From positions 588,805 to 652,804 of the forward strand of contig CAVYZR010000006.1 in assembly GCA_963773005.1 (NCBI GenBank): DNA of 64,000 nt. Reading direction: 5' to 3'. This stretch comes from an uncultured Acidobacteriota bacterium. GTDB taxonomy: Bacteria; Acidobacteriota; Vicinamibacteria; Vicinamibacterales; 2-12-FULL-66-21. Both the position numbers and the translations under genes were made by a program. This document shows positions 19,671 through 29,721 of the stretch, piece after piece; position 1 is the first letter of the stretch; every line of letters begins with the position of its first letter. Below the pieces are notes generated by a model. That model searched no databases, was not told the DNA's origin, and saw only the letters and a list, made by a program, of their open reading frames with translations.

Positions 19671-20238
19671 ATGACTCGCCTGGTCCTCTTATTGGCACTC
19701 GGGGTCCTATCGTCTACTCCAGACGCCGCGGCGCAGCGCCTTGAAATCGGCGGCAATGCTTCAGCCATCCTGCCTGTCGTCTCCGAGGACGGCCCTGCGA
19801 TCGTCGTCGGTGGGGGGCCACGTGTCACCATCAACGTTGCGTCATGGATCGCGGTCGAGCTGCTGGCCGAAGCGCTCGGGCCCGTGGAGGATGCAGGCGT
19901 CTTCGCCTCTATGGGAGTCAAGTCAAAGTCCCAGTGAGAGAGTCTCCCGATGGCGGACGAACGCTGTCGCTCACAATCGGCGCCGCTGGCGCCGCCTCGT
20001 ACCAACGCTTCCCCGAAACTCGACGCGTGCGCTTCGATGGATCGACGATCGTTCATCCGGGCTATCGACGATTCCGCGCGTCCGCGCCGAACGTGCTCAG
20101 CCTTGGTGGCTCGGGACGGCACCGACTCAGTCGGCGCGCCGCGGGATGTGGGACCTGCAGGGGTTGATCGGAGAACTGATCGGTATCGCCGCCCGCGCGT
20201 CCCTCGGTGTCTCGTTCGGCATGGGAGAGTACCAATGA
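19671..20238 (+). pseudogene. possible outer-membrane beta-barrel-like gene split over three frames
   Basis: Signal peptide MTRLVLLLALGVLSSTPDAAAQ in one frame (stop 19937). The sequence continues plausibly as YGSQVKVPVRESPDGGRTLSLTIGAAGAASY in a second frame and ends ...IGIAARASLGVSFGMGEYQ in a third (stop 20238). Confidence 0.35.
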
Positions 20239-20371
20239 CTACATCCACGGTTTCGCCGCCAACCGCGGAGTCCTGGAGATCGACCGAATCGCGTTCGTCC
20301 GGTAAGAGCCTCCTGAAGCATACTGAAGTCCTCCTCGCCAGCAGATCGCAGGCGTTCAATGGAGGTGTGAC

Positions 20372-20767
20372 ATGTCGGAGGACACACGTCACCTGCTTCG
20401 CAGCGCGCCGTACTTCCCCGTCACCGACCTCGAGGCATCCGCATCTCATTACGAGCGCGTACTCGGGTTTCACCGCGACTACGTTGGAGGGACGCCACCG
20501 GAATTCGTGATTCTGAGCCGCGACGGCCTGCCGATCATGCTGAAGCTGGTCCCACGAACTCAGCAAATCAGTCCGAACGAGCAACAAGGGGGCACGTGGG
20601 ACGTGTTCTTCTGGGTCCGCGACGCGCGCGCGCTGCACGCCGAGTTGCGGAGCAAGGGAGCGGTCGTCGTCTACGGTCCGATCGTCCAGCAGGCCTACAA
20701 CATGGAGGAGTTCGCGGTCCGCGACCACGACGGGTATGTGCTGGGATTCGGGCAGGCGTTGAGCTGA
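20372..20767 (+). CDS. VOC-family (glyoxalase/bleomycin-resistance fold) protein
   Basis: 131 aa. PYFPVTDLEASASHYERVLGF...FAVRDHDGYVLGFG is typical of the family. Confidence 0.7.
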   Translation: MSEDTRHLLRSAPYFPVTDLEASASHYERVLGFHRDYVGGTPPEFVILSRDGLPIMLKLVPRTQQISPNEQQGGTWDVFFWVRDARALHAELRSKGAVVVYGPIVQQAYNMEEFAVRDHDGYVLGFGQALS

Positions 20768-20777
20768 TTGACGGCGT

Positions 20778-20863
20778 CCAAAAGCCTTTCACGCCGAGAG
20801 TGCAGAACGCACAGAGAAAGCCTTTGTCGATTGCCGCGTGCTCGGCGGACTCTGCGGAAAGAG
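20778..20863. repeat. GCCGAGA/TCTGCGG-word palindromic element, copy 1
   Basis: CAAAAGCCTTTCACGCCGAGAG...GCTCGGCGGACTCTGCGGAAAGAG. Related to the element at 41501-41590. Confidence 0.55.
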
Positions 20864-20905
20864 TGATAGCATCGCGCAACCTCTCGACATCGAGCACCGA
20901 GGACT

Positions 20906-22606
20906 GTGCCCACTGTGATTGCCAATCGGTTCGCCAGCATCATCATCTGCGCGCTGGGTGTGTTCCTCCTGGCTTCGACCGCGAGCGGGCAGACGCCACC
21001 AGCGTCGCAAACTCAAGCCATCGACGCGGCCGCCGGAACGGCTCAGCCCTCGGGTCAGGTCGCGACGCTCACCTACGCCAACCGCCCGATCGTTGAGTTC
21101 CGCGCGACCGTGATGTCACGCACGCCGGCCGACCGGGTGATCGGGGCCAACTTTGTTCTCGCTCGCCTGGTTGACGAACATCCGCGCGGAATCGTCGGCA
21201 CGTCGGTCCTCGGCGAGACGCGTGTCGTCAACATCGACGGGCGGGTCGTATTCGTGATCCTGCCGCAGGACGTCGACGTGCTGATTGACGAAACGATCGA
21301 TCTCAAGACGACAATGGCCGCGGCGCAGTTGCAGCTCGCCTACAACGAGGTCGTTGAGCTGCGCACGCCGTCGCGATTGGCTCGGGCCGTCGGCCTCGCA
21401 GTCGTCGCCACCTTGGTGTACTTCGTCGTGCTCGCACTGTTGGTGCGAGGCCACCGCGCCAGCGCGCGCCGGCTCGGCGAAACAACGCAGCGGCAGATCG
21501 AGCGCCTCCCAGGCGGCGAGGTCATCAGCCGCGCGTCGCATCTGACCGAGCTGGTGCGCCACCTAACCGCGATCGTGTGGATGCTGCTTGCGTTGCTCGT
21601 CACTGATATGTGGCTGACGTTTGTCCTGCGCCGGTTCCCCTATACGAGGCCATGGGGAGAGTCGATGAGGGCATCGGCGTTGAACTTGTTCGGCTCCCTC
21701 GGAGAGATGTTCGTCAACGCGCTGCCCGGCTTGGGCGCGGTCCTGGTGGTCGTGCTGATCACACGGGTTGTCACGCGGCTGGCCGGGGCCTTGTTCGACG
21801 CGGTCGATCGCCAGAGCGTCGCGCTTCCGGGCATTCACCCGGAGACCGCCCAGCCGACGCGTCGGATCGTCGTTGCGCTGCTCTGGCTGTTCGCGCTGAT
21901 CGTGTCGTACGGCTATCTGCCGGGCAGCAATTCCGACGCGTTCAAGGGCGCGAGTGTCTTCGTCGGCTTGATTGTTTCGCTGGGCTCCACCGGCATCATG
22001 AATCAGATCATGAGCGGCTTCACGATCACCTACTCGCGGGCGCTCCGCGTCGGCGACTTCGTGAAGGTGGGCGATGTCGAAGGGACCGTCACGCACATTG
22101 GCCCGCTCGCGACGAAGATCAAGACGCCGCATCGCGTCGAGGTCACGATCCCCAACGCCATCGTGATCTCGAACGCGACGACCAACTACTCGCGCGATGC
22201 AGAGAACGGCGTCTACGTCCACACCACGGTGACGATCGGCTACGACGCGCCGTGGCGGCAGGTCCGCGCGCTCCTGCTCGCGGCGGCCGAACGCACGCCT
22301 GGGATCCGATCGGATCCGAAGCCGGAAGTCCTCCAGGCTGCGCTCCAGGACTTCTTCGTCGAATACAGGCTGCTCGTGAGCCTGGAACGGCCGCACCATC
22401 GGGGTCTGATCCTCGATGCGCTGCATGCGAACATCCAGGACGAATTCAACGAGGCCGGCGTCCAGATCATGTCGCCGCACTACGAAACGGATCCGCACGC
22501 ACCCAAACTGGTGCCGCGCGCGGATTGGCAGGGAATCAAACCTCCGGACGACCAGGACCAGCCTGAAACGTCGCGGGGCAAGACGAAATCCGCCGGCGCG
22601 CCGTAG
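20906..22606 (+). CDS. mechanosensitive ion channel (MscS family)
   Basis: GTG start. N-terminal signal and TM helices. Core IMSGFTITYSRALRVGDFVKVGDVEGTVTHIGPLATKIKTPHRVEVTIPNAIV. Confidence 0.85.
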   Translation: MPTVIANRFASIIICALGVFLLASTASGQTPPASQTQAIDAAAGTAQPSGQVATLTYANRPIVEFRATVMSRTPADRVIGANFVLARLVDEHPRGIVGTSVLGETRVVNIDGRVVFVILPQDVDVLIDETIDLKTTMAAAQLQLAYNEVVELRTPSRLARAVGLAVVATLVYFVVLALLVRGHRASARRLGETTQRQIERLPGGEVISRASHLTELVRHLTAIVWMLLALLVTDMWLTFVLRRFPYTRPWGESMRASALNLFGSLGEMFVNALPGLGAVLVVVLITRVVTRLAGALFDAVDRQSVALPGIHPETAQPTRRIVVALLWLFALIVSYGYLPGSNSDAFKGASVFVGLIVSLGSTGIMNQIMSGFTITYSRALRVGDFVKVGDVEGTVTHIGPLATKIKTPHRVEVTIPNAIVISNATTNYSRDAENGVYVHTTVTIGYDAPWRQVRALLLAAAERTPGIRSDPKPEVLQAALQDFFVEYRLLVSLERPHHRGLILDALHANIQDEFNEAGVQIMSPHYETDPHAPKLVPRADWQGIKPPDDQDQPETSRGKTKSAGAP

Positions 22607-22626
22607 ATCGACGTTTGCAGGTCGCC

Positions 22627-23442
22627 CTACCGGTAACCCCAGTGCAGGTTCAAACCAAAGATCGGGCCGTAGTAGGTGAAGTCGAACTCGCGAATTGGCT
22701 TGTCGTCGGATTCGCTGCCGCCGCTGACGCCCATCCCCTTGTAGCCGATCACCAGTCCGGCCCACGGCTTCGGGCGATATTCGAACCCGAGCAGGGCGGA
22801 CCACGACATCCCGCTTCCGCCGCCGATGTCGGCGCGGCTGAGGAAACTCAGTTTCTCGTTGATCGCCGGCCGGTAGGTGAAGCCGGCAAAGCCGCTCGCT
22901 GCCGTCCGGCTCGCGTCGACGGGAGTGACTACGATGTTCGGTGTGTTGAATTGAATTTCGTTCGACATCGTAAACGTGCGAAGTCCGGCAATGATCGCGA
23001 AGTTCGCCGCCTCACCTAACGCGTACGAGGCGCCTGCTTCGAAGAACGTGCTGGAGAGATCGAACTCACCGTCGACCACGATCGCCGCCGGACCTTGCAG
23101 CGTGAACTGCGCGTCGCTCGAGAGCCCTGTGAAGTCGAGATCGCTGAAGACGCCGATGCGGCCCTTCTGAGCCTCGAAATGGAAGCTGAACGCCGCGCTG
23201 AGTTTGTCGACGGCATCGTCAAACGACATAAAGAGGGGAATGTTCCCGCTTCGGGTCGTCAGGTCTCCGTCGGTTCTCGTCGCCCAGAAGTAGAACGGCG
23301 CAAAGGTCCCTTTCCACTCGTCGCTCGGCTGCGCCATCGCTGGCCGAGGTGCGAGCACACCGAGTGCCAGCACCGAACATGAAAACAAGTGCAGGGCACG
23401 AACGCATAAGGTTTTTCTCAGTTTGGGGAACATCATCGACAT
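22627..23442 (-). CDS. outer-membrane beta-barrel protein (family not assigned)
   Basis: Signal peptide ending PAMAQ. Alternating beta-strand pattern. C-terminal GLNLHWGYR. Confidence 0.6.
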   Translation of the reverse strand: MSMMFPKLRKTLCVRALHLFSCSVLALGVLAPRPAMAQPSDEWKGTFAPFYFWATRTDGDLTTRSGNIPLFMSFDDAVDKLSAAFSFHFEAQKGRIGVFSDLDFTGLSSDAQFTLQGPAAIVVDGEFDLSSTFFEAGASYALGEAANFAIIAGLRTFTMSNEIQFNTPNIVVTPVDASRTAASGFAGFTYRPAINEKLSFLSRADIGGGSGMSWSALLGFEYRPKPWAGLVIGYKGMGVSGGSESDDKPIREFDFTYYGPIFGLNLHWGYR

Positions 23443-23480
23443 CCTTCTTTGTGAGAGAGCAACCTAAATCGAGCGGCTGG

Positions 23481-24209
23481 CTACTGAACCATCGGCCGGT
23501 AGCCGGTGTTCTGAATCACCACCTGCATCTCCTTGGCCTTGGCGTCGAGAGTCGTCTGCGCCGTGTAGGTGGTCCCGTCATCAAGCGTGCCGAACTTGAC
23601 GGCGAGCGTGACGGCATCGTCGGGTTTGTCCATGTAGGTGTTGACGTTCACACCGAGCAGTCGATTGGCTGCGCCGTCGACGTCGATGGCCATCATGTCA
23701 CCCGACTTGAGATAGTTGGTGATCTCCAGCCGAACGCGGCCGGCCTGACCTGGCCGCAGCGCGACATTGCCAGCAGTCTTCGCAGCATCGATGGCGCTGG
23801 GATTCGGCGGAACATACTGCTTGACCAGGGCAACCGCGCTCTGCATGTATTCCTGGATCTCGTCCTTCTTCTTCTCGACGATTCGCTCCTTCATCCGCCC
23901 GCGCCGGCCACCACCATCCTGGTCGGCTGCGGGTTGCGGATCACCGACTGGAAGCTTCTGCAGCGTGCCGTCGGCGCCGTAGTAACAGCGCTCCTCCTTC
24001 CGGCTCTTTTCTTCGCCCTTGTGGCTGACGATCGTGGTCTCGACCCACTCGTATTTGCGCAACTGGGCCTGGCTCTGCGCCATGTTTTTCTTCAGCGCGG
24101 CGATTCGCTGTTCTGGAGTCTGCGCATCCTGCGCCAGGATCGGGCCGGTCGCACAGACTGAAAGAGCAATCGCCCCAGCGGCGAGCGCGCATGCGTAGTG
24201 GTGATTCAT
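23481..24209 (-). CDS. secreted hypothetical protein
   Basis: Start taken at MNHHYACALAAGAIALSVCATG (24209). The longer 328-aa track ORF is an Arg-rich extension. No family recognised. Confidence 0.55.
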   Translation of the reverse strand: MNHHYACALAAGAIALSVCATGPILAQDAQTPEQRIAALKKNMAQSQAQLRKYEWVETTIVSHKGEEKSRKEERCYYGADGTLQKLPVGDPQPAADQDGGGRRGRMKERIVEKKKDEIQEYMQSAVALVKQYVPPNPSAIDAAKTAGNVALRPGQAGRVRLEITNYLKSGDMMAIDVDGAANRLLGVNVNTYMDKPDDAVTLAVKFGTLDDGTTYTAQTTLDAKAKEMQVVIQNTGYRPMVQ

Positions 24210-24493
24210 GACCGTTCTCCTGGTGATGACACATGTTTTGCCGCGATCGTGGCCGCCGCGACGTTGCACACGCCGAGCGCGATGAACTCGCGGTTGACGT
24301 CGATCTCGTAGTGAGGTGGAAAGCCGGCAAGCTGCGCGTACGCAATCGCGACCGGCAGGGCCACCGCTGCCACGGACAGCCCTGCCGGCACGTCGTTTCG
24401 CAACCACTCGACACGGTACTCGCGAAGCATGGCGAGCCCGGGAGCGACTCGCCCCAATCCTCGCCACTCTTCGGTCGAGTCGCTTCCACTCAC
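24206..24493 (-). pseudogene. N-terminal remnant of a SulP-family anion transporter
   Basis: LREYRVEWLRNDVPAGLSVAAVALPVAIAYAQLAGFPP matches the conserved SulP N-terminus. Similarity is lost after about 60 aa and the ORF stops at 95 aa. Confidence 0.55.
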
Positions 24494-24514
24494 CAGGCGT
24501 TCACCCCGCAGGTA

Positions 24515-26893
24515 CTACTGCCGCGCCATCGCGACGCGCAGCGCTTCTTCGGGCGAGACCAGGTGCGTTTCGCTCTCGGCGGCCTTGGCAATGGCGATCT
24601 GCACGCCCTTCACCACACCGTTGAACTCGTTTCCACGCGGTCCGTAGTCCTGGGAAACCGGGGCGCCCGTATCCTGGCCGACGTCGCAGCCGTCGTCGGC
24701 CGAGAAGATCATCGCGGCCGTCGCGGCGACGGGACCCGAACCGACCTGTTTACCATCGATGAAGAGCTTGGCCGTACCGCCCTTGCCGAGGCCTCCGCCG
24801 GCATACGCGAACTCCATCCGAACCTGATGATCGCCAGGAGGGATGGGCCCCGCAGACTCGACGTAGAAGTAGTGAATGCCGAGCAGGTTGTAGCAGTATT
24901 TCAGCTTGCCGCCTTTCGCGTAAAGGCTCCAGCCGCCGATGTTGCCGCCCTGCGCGATGATGACGCCCTCAGCGCCAGACGGTGGGACCTGGATCCCGGC
25001 CGTCACCGAATGCGACTTGTTCTTCACGCTGACAACGGAGTTCTCTGACAGACGGCCCATGCCGCCGAACAGGATCTGCGTGTCGCCCTTAATCAGGATG
25101 GGCCTGCCGGCGGTGTCGGGGTTCAGCCGCTCCGCAACACGATCATCGAGCGGCAACACGTTGTAGCGCGTGGCCTCGATGAGCCACAGTCGCTGCAGGT
25201 AGTGCAGCTTGTCCGGCATCTCCTTCGCCAGGTTGTTCGCCTGACTCCAGTCTTTGTTCGTGTCGTAGAGCTCCCAGTTGTCGTCGTCGAACGGCGGCGT
25301 TTTCTCGCCGACGAGGAGCCAGGGGGTCTTGTGCCTGGTCACCGCGGTCCAGCCCTTGTGGTAGATGCCGCGGTTGCCGAACATCTCGAAGTACTGCGTC
25401 TCGCGGCGCTCGGCGGCTTTGGTGTCGTTGAACGAGTACATCATGCTGACGCCTTCGATCGGCTTCTGCTGAATGCCGTCGACGAAAAGCGGCTGCGGGA
25501 TTCCTGCCGCCTCGAGAATCGTGGGCGAGACGTCGATGACGTGGTGGAACTGCGTCCGCTGCTCGCCCTTGGCCTTTATAGCCTTCGGCCAGTGCACGAT
25601 GGTGCCGTTGCGCGTCCCGCCCCAGTGTGATGCGACTTGCTTGGTCCACTGGTAGGGCGTGTTACAGGCGTGCGCCCAGCCCACCGCGTAGTGGTTGTAG
25701 GATTCCGGCCCGCCGAGCTTGTCGAGCCGCGCCATCAGGAATTCTGGCGTCTCGAGGGCTTCCGCGCCGTTGAAGTTGATCATCTCGTTGTAGGTGCCGT
25801 TGAGCGTGCCCTCAGCCGACGCGCCGTTGTCCCCGATGATGTAATAGACGAGCGTGTCGTCGACAATCTGGAGGGTCTTCAGCTCGTCGAGCAACCGGCC
25901 GACGTGATGGTCCACGAACTCCATGTAACCCGCGTACACCTCCATCTCGCGGCGCAGCACCGGCTTGAGGGCTTCCGGCATCGCGTCCCACGCCGGGATT
26001 TGCTCGTGACGGGGGGTGAGCTTGCAGTCGGGCGGGATCACGCCGAGCTTCAATTGCCGCGCAAAGGTCTCCTCCCGCAGCTTGTCCCAGCCCGCATCGA
26101 ACTTCCCCTTGTACTTGTCGGCCCAGTCCTTCGGGACGTGATGAGGGGCGTGGGTCGCACCGGGCGCGAAGTACATGAAGAACGGCTTGTCGGGCATGAG
26201 CGCTTTCTGCTGCCCCATCCAGCCGATCGCCTTGTCGGTCATGTCCGGCACGAGGTGGTAGCCCTCTTCTGGTGTCTTCTTCACCTCGATGGGACTGGTC
26301 CCCTCATAGAGCGAGGGGTACCACTGGTGGGCTTCGCCGCCAATGAAGCCGTAGAAGTACTCGAAACCGCCGCCGGCGCTTGGCCAGGCATTGAACGGAC
26401 CGGCCGGGCTCGTCTCCCACACCGGCACTTCGTGACACTTGCCGAAGTGGGCCGTGGCATAGCCATTCAGCTTCAGGGTCTTCGCGAGGGGCGCGCAGGT
26501 GTTCGGAAGGACCGAAGAGTAGCCAGGCGACCCGCTGGCGATCTCGGTGATGGCACCCATGCCAACCGAGTGGTGGTTGCGCCCGGTCAGCAACGCCTGG
26601 CGAGTCGGCGAGCAGAGGGCGGTCGTATGAAACCGGTTGTACTTCAGGCCTCCGGCCGCGAGACGCTCTGCGTTCGGCGTCGCACAGGGCCCCCCGAACG
26701 CACTCGACGAGCCAAAGCCGGCATCGTCAATGAGGATGATGAGGACGTTTGGCGCACCCGTAGGCGGCAACAGCTGGCTGATCGGAGGAAACTTCGTCTC
26801 CGGATCTTTCGCGTCGTAGGTAATCAAACCTGTGCGCGGCTGGTCGGGAATCGGCAGGACGGTCCTCGGAAGCGTGTCTCTTTCGTCTGACAT
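24515..26893 (-). CDS. arylsulfatase (formylglycine-dependent, large AtsA-like)
   Basis: ATG at 26893 follows AAGGAG. NVLIILIDDAGFG and the sulfatase signature CSPTRQALLTGRNHH. The track ORF (960 aa) over-extends upstream. Confidence 0.9.
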   Translation of the reverse strand: MSDERDTLPRTVLPIPDQPRTGLITYDAKDPETKFPPISQLLPPTGAPNVLIILIDDAGFGSSSAFGGPCATPNAERLAAGGLKYNRFHTTALCSPTRQALLTGRNHHSVGMGAITEIASGSPGYSSVLPNTCAPLAKTLKLNGYATAHFGKCHEVPVWETSPAGPFNAWPSAGGGFEYFYGFIGGEAHQWYPSLYEGTSPIEVKKTPEEGYHLVPDMTDKAIGWMGQQKALMPDKPFFMYFAPGATHAPHHVPKDWADKYKGKFDAGWDKLREETFARQLKLGVIPPDCKLTPRHEQIPAWDAMPEALKPVLRREMEVYAGYMEFVDHHVGRLLDELKTLQIVDDTLVYYIIGDNGASAEGTLNGTYNEMINFNGAEALETPEFLMARLDKLGGPESYNHYAVGWAHACNTPYQWTKQVASHWGGTRNGTIVHWPKAIKAKGEQRTQFHHVIDVSPTILEAAGIPQPLFVDGIQQKPIEGVSMMYSFNDTKAAERRETQYFEMFGNRGIYHKGWTAVTRHKTPWLLVGEKTPPFDDDNWELYDTNKDWSQANNLAKEMPDKLHYLQRLWLIEATRYNVLPLDDRVAERLNPDTAGRPILIKGDTQILFGGMGRLSENSVVSVKNKSHSVTAGIQVPPSGAEGVIIAQGGNIGGWSLYAKGGKLKYCYNLLGIHYFYVESAGPIPPGDHQVRMEFAYAGGGLGKGGTAKLFIDGKQVGSGPVAATAAMIFSADDGCDVGQDTGAPVSQDYGPRGNEFNGVVKGVQIAIAKAAESETHLVSPEEALRVAMARQ

Positions 26894-27418
26894 GACGCAA
26901 TTCTCCTTAGCGGTGCCCAGTCTTCGGCCAGAACCCTGCACGCCGCGACTCGCGCGCCGTGGGCTTCCTCGACGTGATTGGACATTTCTGAACCGGAACG
27001 GCCCGGCCGCTAGTCGTGCGCAAAAACCCTGCCGGGAGACTCCATCGTTACGTGCGCCAACCGGGCCAGAACTGGCGCCAAACCACACGGGCAGGACGCG
27101 TGGACAGGAAGCCGACTGCCAGGCGTCACGGTATGCCGTCTCGCGCCACCATATACCGTGATCGCGATGACTCGGACCGCCACGATGCTTGATCCAACTG
27201 GGCCGCGGACAACGCGTACAACACTGCCTGGACGAGATAAGTTTTAGAATGATCCCGGGCCGCCGTGCGCCTGGAGCCAAATAGCGAATGACGCCTCTCG
27301 TTGTCACGGCCGCGCACGTGGAGACTGCCCGAGTCGGGCGATCTCGTGCGCGATTGTCGCGCTCTGCACTTGGGAGGGAGCCGCGGAGGGCCTTCAAGAG
27401 CCGGACCGTCAGAAGACG

Positions 27419-29624
27419 GTGCTGGCGCTCTACACAACGAGGAGGGGAACCCCCTCAGCGGTGGTTCTCGATGGCGCCCTGGAGCGGACGCTCGGGACGG
27501 GCCTCGCAGGTCGTCTCGACCTCCACGTCGAGTACATCGACCTGGCACGGTTTCCCGATCCGCAGTACCAGTTGGCGCTGCGGGATTTCCTCCGTGCCAA
27601 GTACGCCCGGTACAAGTTCGATCTGATCATCGCGACGTCGGGCGAGGATCTCGATTTCGCCACGCGCTACCGCGACGACCTCTTTCCTGGCGTGCCCCTC
27701 GTCTTCAGTTCCAGCCCGGGCCCCTCCCCGGTCCCCAACGCGACGGGCCTCATTTCGGAGCTGAACCTCCGCGACACGGTGCAGATTGCGGCCACGATCC
27801 AGCCGAGCTGCGGCGCGTCGTGGTCGTCAGCGGCGCCTCTGCTCTTGACAAGTCCTACGAGGCGGTGGCTCGCGATCAGTTCAAGGCTTTCGAAGGCCGC
27901 CTGGTGTTCGCCTACCTGTCCGGACTTCCCATGTCGGAGCTGCTCCGACAGGTTGCCCAGCTTCCCGCAGATTCGATGATCTACTACCTCACGGTTTTCG
28001 AGGACGGCAACGGCGACAAGTTCATCGGGGCCGACGGGCTGGAGAGAATTTCGGCCGTGGCAAATGTACCGACCTACACCTGGCACATCTCAGGACTCGA
28101 CCGCGGAATCGTCGGTGGCAGCCTCATAAGCATGGAGGTCCTGGCCTGACGGCTGGCAGAACTGGGGTTGCGGGTGCTCGGAGGCGAAAGAGCAGACGCC
28201 ATCGCCATCACGGAAATCAATCCAAACGTCGTCGAGTTCGACTGGCGCCAGCTCCAGCGCTGGCAGATCGACGAGCGCCGCTTGCCGTCGGGCAGCGTCG
28301 TTCGATTCCGTCAACCTACGACGTGGGAACGGTACAAGGCCTACATCATTACGGCCGTTGCGGTCCTGGGGCTCCAGACGATGTTCATCGCCGGGCTCCT
28401 CTTTCAGCGAGCCAGACGGCGACGGGTCGAAGCGGCGCTGCGTCAGAACCAGCAGCGCTATGCGCTGGCGACGGTGGCGGGCGCAGTCGGCGTCTGGGAT
28501 TGGAACCTGGATACCAACGGGATGTACGTCGACCCGCAACTCAAGCAGCTCCTGGGCTACCGCGACGATGAAATTCGCAACCTTGACGACTGGAGGCAAC
28601 GGGTGCATCCAGACGATCGCGAGATCGTCAGGACTCGAGCGCAAGCATGCATCGACGACGGCCTTGATGCCTACGAACTGGAACACCGGATGTTGCACAA
28701 GAACGGCAGCCTCAGATGGTTTGTCGCGCGCGGATCGATCATGAAGCGGGCCGATGGCACGCCGTACCGCATCGTCGGCACCGAAACGGACATCACCGAA
28801 CGCAAACGCGCCGAACAAGAGATTCACGAGAACGAAGCCGCCCTTCGGGCCAGCAACGAAGAGATTCAGAATCTTGCGGGGCGGCTCAGGGCCGTGGGCC
28901 CGCGTCAGGGACGATTCGAGCTGGCCGACGGCGGAACGATCTTCCTGGACGAGATCGGCGATCTCTCGCCCGAGGTGCAGGTGAAGTTCCTGCGCGTCCT
29001 GCAAGAAGGTGAATTCGAGCGCGTCGGTTCCTCCCGCACCACGAGAGTGGACGTTCGCGTGATTGCGGCCATCGTGATCTCGACGCACTCGTGGCGGAAG
29101 GACACTTCCGCGCCGATCTCTACTACAGGCTGAGCGTCTATCCGATTCGCCTGCCATCGTTGCCCGAGCGCACCGCGGACATCCCGAGACTCGTGTGGTT
29201 CTTCATCAACCGCCACCAGCGAGAGCTCGGACGACGAATCGCACAGGTGCCGCGGGCCGTGATTGAAGATTTACAGCGCTACACATGGCCTGGCAACGTT
29301 CGCGAGCTCGAGAACGTCATCGAGCGGGCGCTCATCGCGTCGAGCGGCGAGATCCTCGAGCTCGACGATCCGTCTTCCCTCAGGCCGCAGCTGCACACCG
29401 CGGCGCCCGCGTCCGAGAAGCTCGACGACGTGCAGGCCGCGCACATCGGCGCCGTGCTGGCGCGGTGCGGCTGGCGAATCAATGGCAGCGGGAATGCCGC
29501 CGAGCGATTGGGCGTCCATCCCAACACGCTTCGGTTCCGGATGAAGAAGCTCGGGGTGGCCTGCCCACGGCAGCGCGCGAGCGCTCAACTCGACGCCGTA
29601 GGGAACCGACCGGTAGACTCGTAG
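27419..29624 (+). pseudogene. sigma-54-dependent transcriptional activator with periplasmic sensor, TM and PAS domains; multiply disrupted
   Basis: Domain order: sensor, TM ([21 protein letters not shown]), PAS, AAA+, Fis HTH. Frameshift near 27803. In-frame TGA at 28147-28149. The AAA+ N-terminal part including Walker A is missing (…[30 protein letters not shown]). Frameshift near 29070 between VDVRVIAA and [20 protein letters not shown]. Confidence 0.75.
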
Positions 29625-29721
29625 TCGCCGTTCGCTCAAGGCACGCGACTCGACGGGTCCCGGCGTCAAACGTCACTTGTGTGGGCTGCAACCGTCCTTC
29701 GACGGTTACATCTGGAGAATC

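Noticed and set aside
24515-27397. N-terminal extensions of track ORFs (arylsulfatase 960 aa, tadA 484 aa, sufS 488 aa, sufC 443 aa, yjbQ 216 aa, Rrf2 195 aa, the 23481..24467 protein, the TolC-like 660 aa).
   Set aside because: The extensions are Arg-rich and lack homology. Internal starts have RBS-like sequences, stop/start overlaps with neighbouring genes, or begin exactly where family similarity begins. Coordinates were trimmed accordingly.
28147-28149. In-frame TGA in the sigma-54 activator considered as selenocysteine or programmed read-through.
   Set aside because: The same gene has two frameshifts and a large internal deletion, the position is not a known Sec site, and I saw no convincing SECIS-like hairpin immediately downstream. 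A simple nonsense lesion is more likely.
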